A stretch of 64,000 nucleotides of DNA, taken from assembly GCA_964106645.2 (NCBI GenBank), contig OZ067038.1. One strand, 5' to 3'. The position numbers were made by a program, and so were the translations under genes. This DNA comes from Podarcis pityusensis. Taxonomy: Eukaryota. Below, in pieces: positions 54,701 to 64,000 of this stretch. Numbering within the stretch: position 1 is the stretch's first letter; each line of letters opens with the position of its first letter. A model generated the notes under the pieces. That model made no database searches. It was not told the DNA's origin and saw only the letters and a program-made list of their open reading frames with translations.

Positions 54701-57700
54701 ACAGTAAAATTTATCCACATAAAAAATATATGATTCGGGTATTATTTTTTCTACATCTATCGTTCCAATTTTCTTTTGTAGCCAATATACCTTTGTGTTT
54801 TGCTGCACTGCAAATTTTCTGTATTTTTTTTTTTTTAATACCCCATGAAATTCCCTTTTGAATTCATTCCTTAAGCATGATACAATTGCAAGTAGAGGCC
54901 ACACACATTTTCGTGCTTTATTTCCGCTTGCTTTCTGAAAAAGCGATTAAAAGGAATCTGCATAAAACCAGATACTAATCTTTGGTATCTCGGAGCAGTT
55001 ATTTACAAAACACTGAAAACAAAACTAGCTTCTCTGGAACTGTGCGATCTAGAAAAACGGGAGCATGTTTAAAGATGAAAACCAACTCTCTCTGAACCTA
55101 GAGCCCATTTCTTTAGTTTTGCTCTCCTCGACCTTCCATTCTATACACTACAGTGGTGGAGATGTCCTCGTTTGCCTCGGGTGACACTTTTTTCCACACA
55201 GTCTCTTTTAATGCAAGTTCGTGCTGAAGGCTCTCATAGTCCAGCGGTCCATAGGAATGCTAGTTGTTCAAGCAACACACATTATTTGTTAGATTACTGG
55301 TGGGGGGGAAACATTCTAGCATTATTGATATTTAGCAATTAGCGTTAAGCCAGCTGTTAGCACTGACTTTCCGCTACCTCTTGACATGGTTATGCATTCA
55401 GTTTTGAGACAGTTAAGGGGGTTTCTGCAATGCAGGGAGTGGCAGGGAAGGCAAGAGCCACTCCTCCAACCAGCTTCATTCACTATACGGAAAGTTGGGG
55501 ATATTCAGAAGGCCCAATTCTTGGATTCGGAGTTCACTTTCCTTATTCAGCTGACCCCTCCCCATTAGGCTTCACACACTGCTGCTCCCCTGGCCTTGGA
55601 GCTGCAGGTGGGCAGAGGGTCATTCCCACAATAGCATGGCGATCCTAGCCATGGGTCTGTTTGACCTGGCCAAAAATCGTAGTCCCTCCCCCCCAAAAAT
55701 ATCAAAACTGTGCCCCCAAAGTACTCTGTGAGACCTAAGAGCTATAGCCAGAAGAGGAAGATTGCATAAGCGTCTCTCCAAGCCATCCAGTATAGTTAGG
55801 AGAAAAACTAAATGGGAAGCTTCCTTCCTTTTTCTAGCAATTCTTAATGCAGCCAACAGAGCACCAGACACTGCAAAAGGCAGTTCACAACTGCTACCCT
55901 GAGCACCAAGAATAACAAAGGGGTTTTTCCGCATCTATACTGCAAACATGTACACGGAGACTTGACTATACAGTGGTACCCCGGTTGTCGAACGTAACCT
56001 GTTCTGGAAGACCATTCGACTTCCAAAACGTTTGACAACTGAGGTGGCAAAAGGCGGTCGGCAAATTCAATTGAGAAAATTGAGTAACGCGCCTCGGAAG
56101 CCGTTTGAGTTCCGAGGCGCGTTTGAAAACGGAAGCATTCACTTCTGGGTTTTTGGTCTTTGAAAATCGAAATGTTCGGCTTCTGAGACACTCAAAAACC
56201 AAGGTACCACTGTACTTTGGAAGGCATGCCAACGTTGCTCCATAGTTAATTGGCCCAAGATGACTTTAGATCTTACTATAAATGACGGCCTTGCTTGAGG
56301 CTGGCTTGAATATACTAAACCAAACCAAGGCATGCTAAAAGCAACAGCAAAACCTAGTGTGCTACCAGGTGCCAAATTACTAACAGAGTAGGCAAAATGG
56401 CAAAAACACAACATCTGGCACTAAGCTCCACTTATGGCAATTAGGTAAACTGAACTTGAACCATCAGAATTTACATATTGATGCAATGCATGTCATTGAT
56501 CGATCTTATTTTGGAAAAGGAGAAACCTAGTAAATACACAATACACACTAATAACCTGAAATACCTTTCCTACTTACCCGCTGATCACCACCTTCCCTGC
56601 GAGGATCAAGCTTCTTCGCAAAGTGCCTCAAATTATCGTAATTATGGAAATTGCACAAAGATACCAGTTCCTGCAATGGTCAGAACATCACATTATTCTA
56701 TGTGCAAACCAGCAAAGTTTATAAGTTTCGATGCTTTGCACATCTAGTCTGTTATTATCTGATTACATAGCTAACTGGAGCCCATTAGAAAAGCTCACTG
56801 GTTGATACGAATTTTGCAATAATAATAATAATAATAATAATGATAATAATAATAATCTAAAATTGGTTTGAAATATTGTTGAAACTTATGGATTCGTAGG
56901 TGAATAGAAAGCAAAGAACCAGCATTTTTGGCAGCCAACAATACGTGAACTGCTAGACTGAAACAGGTAAGTGCATTTTGGAAGACTTTTTTCACCTGCA
57001 AAATGTACTCCCTCTTTGCAGCTGCTGCTTAAAGCTGCAGATTTAGCATCATTTTTGTTTAAGAGGTAGCCTCAGTGACATCATGATATAACACTGACCA
57101 GTTGCTTTTTGGAGCTCTATTATTCAGAAGACAGCTGGCTCTTTTCTCAAAATACCATGCAAATTGCAGCCAAATGGGGCAAGGAACAAACAGTAACAAG
57201 CCAGATAAGACGGGTGTGGCTCTTGCAAACATCAGGGAGCCCTGAATATCTTCTTTCACATTGAAATAATGTACATGCCTTAGTATCTGGCTCAGCCCTA
57301 ACATGAATCATCGTTCATGCTGGAATCTGAAAAAGGTTTTTCCAGATGACATTTTCCAAGCACTTGCAAAAACCAATTCTGCAGAGCAAGTACAGCTTTG
57401 CCTGCCTATCTGTTAGATTATGATGAAATTAGAGGTGGGCATGAAAACGGAAAGTCTACTAAAATTCTGATGCAAACCAAAGAAAATATGCAAGTGAGAA
57501 GGCTTGCTGCTTACGTGACAAAAGTGTATCCCCTTAACGCTGTTGCCCATCTTGTCCAGAGGAGGGGACCAGCACATCATGCCCATAACATTGGGAACAA
57601 CCAGCAGAATGCCACCAGCAACCCCCGATTTTGCAGGAAGACCAACCTAGATTAAAGGGAACAACGGGAAGGCTTACATTTAAGGATTTAAAATTTAAGG

Positions 57701-60700
57701 GCTTAAAAGATATCAGAACTTAAATGTTCGGTGGCCATCCATAACTGAAGTAGTCCTAAAGACAGCTTTTCAGGATCGACTTATTGGTGTCAACTCATGT
57801 CCCAGGTATTATTTAGTTGGTGCACTCATACAGGTAAGCTCGGAGTTTGCCATTATCACAGACACAACCTGGGCCTCCAAAAGACGCAGCGCCTTTGACT
57901 AGCTGCAGCTGTGACTACTGCTGGATAGGGACAGTAATACTATGGTGACCTAGGCTGCCATAACCTCCTGGTTGAGCTACTGCGGTGTGTTGTTACATGT
58001 GAAACAGACTCCAAAGACTGACTGGAAGCTTCAATTCAGAACATCAACTAGAACAGTTCATTAAGACCACGATCAAACCTGCTTTTAAAAGAATTTCATG
58101 ATAGAATTGGACCCTGAAACAAACAGGCACAGTCCTAAACAGTTTGAGATTCATTATCAGTGTCCCCATACTCTAATTCCAACGTCCTTGTCAGAGTGTG
58201 CCTGCCATCAGAAAGGAAGCAGCTGTCAACCAGGTATGTAATGACCTCCCCATGGCTGTTTGCTTGGTGTCAACTTCGCTAAACTTTTTGTTCTCACCTA
58301 CTTATTTTATTTATTTAAATAACGTTCTGCTAGGTTATTTATTTATTTATTTGCTATTTGAACTACAGCTTTTACCGTTTTATTGAGTTGTATTTTCAAT
58401 TTTGCGTCTTGTCACTTTATATTGTCATGAGCTGAATCAGTTTTGATGGAAGGCAGCATATAAACATTTTAGATAAAATAACCTTAAGTAAAAGCTTAAA
58501 ATTGCTACTTTAGAGACTGAACGATACAGCTTAGCCTAAATGTTTCCTATTGGCGCGGCTACTAAATGCTAGTTTGAAAATGCTACTTACGTGGAAGGCA
58601 AACTGTCCTGAGAAGTCATACATGCCACAGGAGTGCATTAAACTTAGAGTGTTCCGAACGGCTTCTGGGCTCAGTACCCTCTCACCAGTGATTGGGCAAA
58701 ACCCTCCATTAGCCAACGTTGCTGCCATTACACTGGCCGATTCGCAAGTCACTTCTATGGAACACAGCTTAAGAAAGGTGGGGAGTGAGAGTAGGAACAG
58801 TTACAAACTATGACACACAAGTGGTATACTGCGTAAGTAAACAGATTAAAAGACTGCCTTACAAAATCTAGACCCAGCTATAGACTGCAGCATCTGGAAT
58901 GAGCTGTCAGCAGATTAGGGAGGAAAGCCAAAGAGCTGCGCACCTTCCATTCAATTTGTCTGCAGTCGGCGCTTCCACGGGATGATGCTGCAGCGACCCC
59001 CTTCTCCTCTTCTGGGTCCCTCTGCTGTGGAAGCGCCGAAGCGGCGACTGAGGGAAACGGAATGGCAGGTGCACAGCTCTTTGGGCTCCCTGGCTCCAGC
59101 TGCCCGCCTGCGTTGCTGAGCCCGCCCGCTCTGGGAAGGAGGCAGGATGGAACCGGAAGGAATGGGGAGCCCGGCTATGGCAACCAGGACGATCCCGAGG
59201 AAGCAGTAGGCAAAGCACGGGGCTTGTGGCACACTGCTCTGGGCTGCAGGCGGCTCCCTCATTTGCCACCACCACCGGGCTGAGCTCCGCGCTCGCTTGC
59301 TCTTGAGCTGGTGCTTTGCGCCAGACGGGAGGAGGCGCACCTCTCAAGGCTGGGAGAGCAGAGCGCGCCGAGGGACTGGGGCGAGGGAGCGTGGGCCTGG
59401 CATGCATTGTGGGGAGAAAGCACTGGGTCTCTCTGCTGCTGCTGCTGCTGCTGCCGCTGCCGCGCTAAGCAAGGGAAGGCCGTGCCAACAAAACGAAAGT
59501 GCACACATGGAGTACATCCGCAATCTAAAAAATAATACACAAACCAGAACACTCATTTCTGGTTTTGAAGTGTTCGTAATCCAAAAAGTTCGTTGGCTAG
59601 GCTGTTTGTAACCTGAGGTACCACTGTAATAAGAATCCACTGCTAAGATAACTTACTCTAACTTCCATAGACTACAATAACAATTTAAAGATAGTTTTAT
59701 AGCATCTGATATTGGGGTACAGCATTTTTATTGCCTTTATGAAATATGCAAAAGTAAGTTAGTTAAGTATTGCAGTATAGTTAACTGTTAACTGTTGACC
59801 CCAGTTTTGAGATTTTTGTCAATGTTACACTTGCCCAATTATTTCTGTAGCTTTTTACATTTCCCTTTCAGGATTATAGACATGAAGTTCAGATAATTAC
59901 CTGGAAGTAGAAGTCCAATATGCCAACCATATCTGTGCCTTCTGGAAAACACTAGGAAAAATAGCAGAGGATTTTAGTACACAAGCTAGGCCATGAGGTT
60001 TCACAGATATGGAGGTGGTATCATGACATCATAGCCAAAATCCAATTATAGGTAGTTTCTGCTGACAGAACAGGCTGTTTGTGACTTCATATTTGTAGAG
60101 GAATAGGTACATCTGACAAGAATGTGGAAGTGCAAGTGACTTATATTTATTGCTGTTTATCAGATATGCAAGAGCCACTTTGGACACCATCTTGTGGAAA
60201 AGTGGCATACAAATAAGCTTCCAAACAGCAGAAACTGCTGCTTTACCTTGCATGCACCCTTTGGTGAATCACCATTATATCCTATACTTATTATGCATAT
60301 AGTCACACCTTGGCTCCCAAACGCCTCCGTTTTGGAATGTTTCGGCTCCCGAACGCCAAAAACCTGGAAGTAACTGCTCCTGTTTTTGAACAATTTTTGG
60401 AAGCTGAATGGCTTCCGGTGAGTTTTTTTTCCCTTTTTTCCTCCCTTGACTTTGCCGACTGCGCTTTGATCCTCGGTTGTCGAACATTTTGAAAGTCGAA
60501 CTGTCTTCCGGAACAGATTACATTTGACAACCGAGGTTTGACTGTATGTGAAAGGCTGTTCTGTGGTAGTTTGCTTAGTACATGGCCTGAAAAGTGAAGA
60601 AACTGGTGGCTATGTAATCCTCCAACATACCTTTTTCTCTTTCAGATAGTAACCTATTGCAAAGTTTCGATCTCCACTCTCTCTTTCAGACTGGAACCTA

Positions 60701-63215
60701 GTGTGAGGAAATACGAAAATGCACCTTAAGACCAGGATACTTATTAACAGTACTGAAAGCTTCTGACTAGGATACAACTTTAAAAAAAACACCATAATAT
60801 TTATTTAGCAAGACAGAATTAATTTCTGTATGCTGATGACATTTTGTTAATGTTGATAGTTCTGCCACCTTCTTTAATAGAGAGGCTTAAGTGGCTACAT
60901 AAATGGTTGCCGACTCATGGGTGCCTCTCCCGTGGTGTCTGTGAAAGGTCTTTGTCTTTAATCCCTTAAAAAGCCACACTGAGCATAGTGATGGTTGGTG
61001 TACATGACTTTTTTCCACTGATGGGGAGGAGGGGGAGCACACCTGTGCCTTTTTGTGGCCCTGTCTTTTTTTCCTTTTCTTTTGGATGTGGCAGCCCCCA
61101 GGAAATTTTAAAAAATCCAAATGTGCCTGTCCACTGGCCCAAAAAATGTTAGCTACCCAATCTACAGGTTTAGCAAGACACAAGCTTCGTTTAAACTTAG
61201 TTTAAAAACAAATTAGTGCCATAGGGCATTACTGGCCAAAACAACAACAAAGGCTGCCTATTGAGCATTTCTTCATTGTCCGAGTTGAATAAATTTTCAG
61301 TAAAACTGCAAATTATTAAATAAGGAAAATAGAAAGGGTCGTAAAATATGGTCAGTGCAAACCTATACATGTCTACACAGAAGTAACTTGTACTAAGTGC
61401 AGTGGGGCCCACTCCCAGGAAAGGGGAAGTGTTACAGATGCAACAAGCAATTCTTAGTTTTGCAGCAAAAAACAATTTCTAAACTAGAAGGATTCCATGA
61501 TTGCGTTTCATTGCATATATCGGATGAGCAAGGGAGTGGCAAACTGCAGTTCCCATATAATGTAGCTCAGTGGGTACAGCATGAGACTCTTAATCTCAGG
61601 GTTGTGGGTTTGAGTCCCATGTTGGGCAAAAGATTCCAGCATTGCAGGGGGTTGGACTAAATGGCCCTTGTGTTCCTTTCCAACTCTGATCATGCACCTT
61701 TCTATGAACTTTGAAGCTAGGCCAGGCTTTAACTGGTACAGCAGGCTGCTTCCTGGCAAGCCATCAATGGATGCCAATTCTATCAGCACTCTAGAATCTG
61801 CACTGGCTTCATATTGCTTTTGAAACACAGTTCAAGATGCTACCTCCCTCCATAACTTTTACAAAGCTATTAACAGTTCGGTTTGAGCATCTCCAAAGCA
61901 GACTGTTCCTTGAGCCAGACCACATAACATCATGAGTCAAGTATAGACTGCAAAAGACACAGAGAAGCATTCACTCAGGGGTGGCTGAACTACAGCAATC
62001 CAACTCTTTCCGTAGAAGATGCTCCAATGCCAAAACATATTTCAGCAGCTTTTAAGATCTGTTTCTTCTGGTTGACTTTTGTTGGCTGAAACGAAGGCAA
62101 TGAAGCAATGGAATTTTAGAATGTCCTTTTTCCCCCAAGCATCCTGAGCGTATTTTAATCAGGATTTCATAATCTTATTTGCTAGTGGCAATGTCCTTCT
62201 GCTGTCCAGCGAACACTCCCTGTGCTTTCGCAAAATGTCCTGCTCGTGGCAAAAACTCTTTCTCCTTTCATCCTCAAAAATGCTCTCCCTCCTGGCACGT
62301 TGAGCTGCTGAGAAAAAACACCAGCCGCTGCATCCAGCAAAACCTGATGGAAAAAGGAACAGTACTGCCTGCCTTTTTCGTGGAGAACAGGGGTGGTGGT
62401 GGTCTCTTTCCTTTTCTGCTCAGTTATTGCAGAGGGAACCTTCCACCCAACTCTGCAGTTGAAAAACCACCTATTTCCCTCCACAATAATATGGAAAGAA
62501 CTAGTTTTTGTACTGCAGTTGGGCATGCCCTGCTACTGCTCCCCCCCCCCCCAAGAAAAATCCTAAGAAAAGAAAAAGAAATATATTTTCTTCTCTCAAG
62601 AGAGCTTGGAAGAAGTGGAATTTTGGAGGCGGCAACAGTAGTGAGGCACTGCTGGTGCTTCCCCAAAAGCCAAACTTACAAAGGAGAAACTGCCTCCCTG
62701 GGCCTTTGAAGGAACCACATCTCCTTTTCCTTAAGTGCTACAGGACTCAGAAAAGGGAGTGTTTGGTGAGGACAAGCATAAATCATGCTCCATTTGAATA
62801 AACCAACACTTGTTTGAACTACAGTGGAACCTCGGTTTTCGAGGGTCTCCAAAGCCAAACATTTCAGTTTTCGAACACCGAAAACCCGGAAGTAATTGCT
62901 TTCGTTTTCGAACATGCCTTGGAAATTGAACAGCTTCCACTGAGGGTTTTTCAATTTTCTCCACTGAAATTGCCGACTGCCCATTGTGACTCGGTTTTTG
63001 AACGTTTCGGAAGTTGAACGGTCTTCCGGAACGGATTATGTTTGAAAACCGAGGTTCCAATGTACTTACTACCTAACTTACGGTAGCAGAACTAAGTATA
63101 GACTCAAGAAGAAACTGGGTAAAGAGGAAATTTTTAAAACTAAAAAGCATACTTACGTGGCATTACTGAACCCAACGTATTCATTTCCAGCCATCTTATT
63201 CATGAACTGCATCAC
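22627..63215 (-). CDS. GLS: Glutaminase kidney isoform (GLS), 3' part: shared exons 63157-63215, 60631-60697, 59901-59951, 58591-58767, 57515-57646, 56578-56670; GAC exon 55113-55259; KGA exons 28811-28872, 25365-25441, 25203-25266, 22627-22783
   Basis: GT-AG bounded exons join in frame and give near-identical GLS sequence, including catalytic-site segments [26 protein letters not shown] and AKSGVAGG. Confidence 0.98.
22991..23223. mobile_element. MITE family C, inverted relative to 20463 copy, left end clipped
   Basis: CCTCGCAAGACGAA...TTCGTCTTCCGAGGCACCACTG|TA. Confidence 0.82.
24198..24929 (+). mobile_element. L2-clade LINE 3' end (second subfamily)
   Basis: [13 protein letters not shown]...[11 protein letters not shown]...ITPIL.RLHWLPI; (AAT)n tail. 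Confidence 0.85.
25203..25266 (-). CDS. GLS: GLS exon 18 (KGA, ankyrin): [21 protein letters not shown]
   Basis: tag|GT CAC...GACAG|gtgagc, 64 bp. Confidence 0.96.
25365..25441 (-). CDS. GLS: GLS exon 17 (KGA, ankyrin): [26 protein letters not shown]
   Basis: cag|G TTT...GAAG|gttgtg, 77 bp. Confidence 0.95.
25899..26034. mobile_element. Palindromic hAT-type MITE inserted in L2
   Basis: ~57-bp near-perfect arms; 8-bp TSD tcctaaac/ccctaaac. Confidence 0.88.
26293..26459. mobile_element. Short pogo/Tigger-like MITE inside L2
   Basis: TA|CCGCAATTTTCC.TCTATAAGA...TCTTATACACAGAAAAATACAG|TA. Confidence 0.7.
27848..28300 (-). mobile_element. L2-like LINE 3' fragment (third subfamily)
   Basis: (AAT)n, TTTATATCCCGCCCTCCCC, GAGCGTTCCACCAGA...GAGAAAGCCCT. 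Confidence 0.65.
28811..28872 (-). CDS. GLS: GLS exon 16 (KGA): [21 protein letters not shown]
   Basis: cag|GTG...CGAAG|gtaaaa, 62 bp. Confidence 0.96.
29303..29661 (+). mobile_element. Sauria SINE, TSD ctggaagtatat
   Basis: TSD 29291-29302 / 29662-29673. Confidence 0.92.
30273..30306. repeat. (TA)n microsatellite
   Basis: Direct reading. Confidence 0.95.
30374..30588. mobile_element. MITE family B
   Basis: TIRs and TA TSD. Confidence 0.88.
30778..31002. repeat. Minisatellite, ~9 units of 24-25 bp (CCAGAACCCTGAYACCTCARYRTT)
   Basis: Direct tandem units, preceded by (CA)n at 30726-30762. Confidence 0.95.
32267..32504. mobile_element. MITE family B
   Basis: TIRs and TA TSD. Confidence 0.88.
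33170..33521 (-). mobile_element. Sauria SINE (inverted), imperfect TSD aatcatYttggtaa
   Basis: Reverse complement of the consensus with (GGTAAA)n. Confidence 0.9.
34718..35300 (+). mobile_element. Two tandem L2 3' fragments
   Basis: Segment GGCAGAGGGCCTTCTCGGTAG...GAAGGCAGCCCT..TTAGGGAA occurs twice (34814-34940, 35054-35180). Confidence 0.8.
36128..36840 (+). mobile_element. Rex1/Babar LINE 3' fragment (end of RT ORF)
   Basis: EMVLDFRR...[32 protein letters not shown]...FY.STIESVL.YCITVWY...[17 protein letters not shown]...RTNR.KNSFYP.AVRL; AATAAA + (TTTCAA)n tail. Confidence 0.88.
37356..37427. repeat. 36-bp tandem duplication
   Basis: GAGATCTTCRAAAAACTAGGTGTTRAGTTCAGTAAA x2. Confidence 0.9.
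37761..37899. mobile_element. Palindromic hAT-type MITE
   Basis: TTTCCCAAACTTGGG..GCTGTTTTTGGACT..TCCCATCATCCCT / AGGGATGATGGGA..AGTCCAAAAACAGC..CCCAGGTTCGGGAAA. Confidence 0.78.
38312..39040 (+). mobile_element. RTE-clade LINE 3' end (non-Bov-B), split by a Sauria SINE
   Basis: [28 protein letters not shown] ... [20 protein letters not shown] zinc-finger-like end, (GAA)n tail. Confidence 0.75.
38489..38813 (+). mobile_element. Sauria SINE nested in an RTE LINE
   Basis: Consensus with a small internal deletion. Confidence 0.88.
39161..39455 (-). mobile_element. Squam3-like tRNA-derived SINE with (CTT)n tail
   Basis: Minus strand: GCCAGCGTGGTGTAGTGGTTAAGAGC (A box) ... GGTTCGCTTCCC (B box) ... 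GCCGCTTTGAGACTCC ... (CTT)~19. Confidence 0.8.
40288..40444. mobile_element. Palindromic hAT-type MITE
   Basis: Same family as 37761-37899. Confidence 0.75.
40476..40525. repeat. (TCTATA)n/(TC)/(TA) microsatellite
   Basis: Direct reading. Confidence 0.9.
42352..42975. mobile_element. Tc1/mariner-type MITE, family A (long)
   Basis: TA|CAGCGGCACCTTGGTTCTCAAA...TTTGAGAACCAAGGCACCCCTG|TA. Confidence 0.82.
46910..47271 (+). mobile_element. Sauria SINE, variant subfamily
   Basis: GTGGTCTAAACCACTGAGC head and extra internal segment (ctgtctgcagagcggacaaatgcc). Confidence 0.85.
47592..47715 (+). mobile_element. tRNA-Lys(CTT)-derived SINE with CR1-like tail
   Basis: TAGCTCAGTCGGTAGAGCATGAGGCTCTTAATCTCAGGGTTGTGGGTTCAAGCCCCATGTTGGGC followed by GGGGTTGGACTGGATGACCCTTGGGGTCCCTT. 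Confidence 0.78.
48666..48915. mobile_element. Tc1/mariner-type MITE, family A
   Basis: TA|CAGTCGTACCTTGG...CCAAGGTACAACTA|TA; colinear with 1294-1518. Confidence 0.8.
49006..49148. mobile_element. Short MITE, family B-related
   Basis: TA|CAGTGGTACCTCTGGTTAC...GTAACCAGAGGTACCACTG|TA, 19-bp perfect TIR. Confidence 0.85.
49928..50015. repeat. Compound tandem duplication
   Basis: TTGGATTCAAGCCAACATGTTCACAAAACA twice with an internal ATGTTCACAAAACATAAA repeat. Confidence 0.85.
55113..55259 (-). CDS. GLS: GLS exon 15, GAC-specific terminal exon: [48 protein letters not shown]-stop
   Basis: tag|CAT...AAC TAA, 147 bp; matches the recalled human GAC C-terminus [28 protein letters not shown]. Confidence 0.95.
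   Translation of the reverse strand, partial: HSYGPLDYESLQHELALKETVWKKVSPEANEDISTTVVYRMEGRGEQN
55971..56212. mobile_element. Tc1/mariner-type MITE, family A-related
   Basis: TA|CAGTGGTACC...GGTACCACTG|TA. Confidence 0.8.
56578..56670 (-). CDS. GLS: GLS exon 14 (last shared exon): [31 protein letters not shown]
   Basis: cag|GAA...CGG|gtaagt, 93 bp. Confidence 0.97.
57515..57646 (-). CDS. GLS: GLS exon 13: [44 protein letters not shown]
   Basis: tag|GTT...CAC|gtaagc, 132 bp. Confidence 0.97.
58591..58767 (-). CDS. GLS: GLS exon 12: [59 protein letters not shown]
   Basis: aag|CTG...CAC|gtaagt, 177 bp. Confidence 0.97.
59901..59951 (-). CDS. GLS: GLS exon 11: [17 protein letters not shown]
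   Basis: tag|TGT...CAG|gtaatt, 51 bp. Confidence 0.96.
60300..60544. mobile_element. Tc1/mariner-type MITE, family A-related
   Basis: AGTCACACCTTGG...CCGAGGTTTGACTG|TA. Confidence 0.72.
60631..60697 (-). CDS. GLS: GLS exon 10: [22 protein letters not shown]
   Basis: tag|G TTC...AAG|gtatgt, 67 bp. Confidence 0.96.
61560..61690 (+). mobile_element. tRNA-Lys-derived SINE with CR1-like tail (second copy)
   Basis: Colinear with 47592-47715, ends CCTTTCCAACTCT. Confidence 0.75.
62822..63062. mobile_element. Tc1/mariner-type MITE, family A-related
   Basis: TA|CAGTGGAACCTCGGTTTTC...GAAAACCGAGGTTCCAATG|TA. Confidence 0.8.
63157..63215 (-). CDS. GLS: GLS exon 9: [20 protein letters not shown]
   Basis: cag|GTG...GCCAC|gtaagt, 59 bp. 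Confidence 0.95.
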
Positions 63216-63254
63216 CTGTTAAAGAAGCATCACAATGTTTTCAGAATGTACAGT

Positions 63255-63973
63255 AATGTCATTTTGGGCTCACAGCTGTCCATGGAGGCACAGGTTAATT
63301 CTGTGTCCAGGGCAGCTGTCTACCAGCTCCATCTGGTACGCAGGCTAAGACCCTACCTGCCCGCGGACTGTCTTGCCAGAGTGGTGCATGCTCTAGTTAT
63401 CTCCCGCTTGGACTACTGCAACACACTCTATGTGGGGCTACCTTTGAAGGTGACCCGGAAACTGCAATTAATCCAGAATGCGGCAGCTAGACTGGTGACT
63501 GGGAGTGGCCGCCAGGACCACATAACACCGGTTCTGAGAGATCTGCATTGGCTCCCAGTACATTTCCAAGCACAATTCAAAGTGTTGGTGCTGACCTTTA
63601 AAGCCCTAAACGGCCTCGGTCCTGTATACCTGAAGGAGCGTCTCCACCCCCATCATTCAGCCTGGACACTGAGATCCAGTGCCGAGGGCCTTCTGGCGGT
63701 TCCCTCATTGTGAGAAGTAAGGTTACAGGGAACCAGGCAGAGGGCCTTCTCGGTAGTGGCACCTGCCCTGTGGAACGCCCTCCCAGCAGATGTCAAGGCA
63801 ATAAACAACTATTTTACTTTTAAAAGACAACTGAAGGCAGCCCTCTTTAGCGAAGTTTTTAATGTCTGATGCTGTACTGTTTTTAATATTCAGTTGGAAG
63901 CCGCCCAGATTGGCTGGGGAAACCCAGCCAGATGGGCGGGGTATAAATAATAAATTATTATATTATTATTATT
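63255..63973 (+). mobile_element. L2-clade LINE 3' end
   Basis: VHALVISRLDYCN.LYVGLP...KLQLIQNAAARLV...[30 protein letters not shown]; (TTA)n tail. Confidence 0.9.
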
Positions 63974-64000
63974 ATCCCCATACGCCCAGGATTCAACATT

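Noticed and set aside
63246-63713. 155-aa ORF as a host gene
   Set aside because: C-terminal part of L2 ORF2, 5'-truncated, without an RT core.

Overview
Eukaryotic (vertebrate) genomic DNA, almost certainly a squamate and most likely a lacertid lizard, judged from Sauria SINE, Squam3-like SINE, Bov-B, L2, Rex1 and many TA-flanked MITEs. The window holds two convergent, intron-rich genes in the STAT1/GLS tail-to-tail arrangement also known in mammals. On the + strand is the 3' half of STAT1: 10 coding exons from the end of the DNA-binding domain through the linker, SH2, the Y701-equivalent GYIKTE, the S727-equivalent PMSP and the stop at 17403-17405. On the - strand is the 3' half of kidney-type glutaminase GLS: catalytic-domain exons 9-14, the GAC-specific terminal exon and the four KGA-specific ankyrin/KEN-box exons. 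Nearly all ORFs in the supplied track are spurious or transposon-derived. No prokaryotic-type system is present (no CRISPR, no operon). The most interesting signals concern RNA processing. A near-perfect inverted pair of LINE tails brackets exactly the two STAT1 phospho-site exons (predicted 170-nt circRNA and an NMD-immune Y701-less isoform). There is also a STAT1beta-type stop built into a splice donor, a likely overlap of the STAT1 and GLS 3' ends, candidate poison exons in the GAC-KGA intron, and a tandem-GAS plus minisatellite block. Human exon numbers, residue numbers and repeat-family names are from recall, not database searches.
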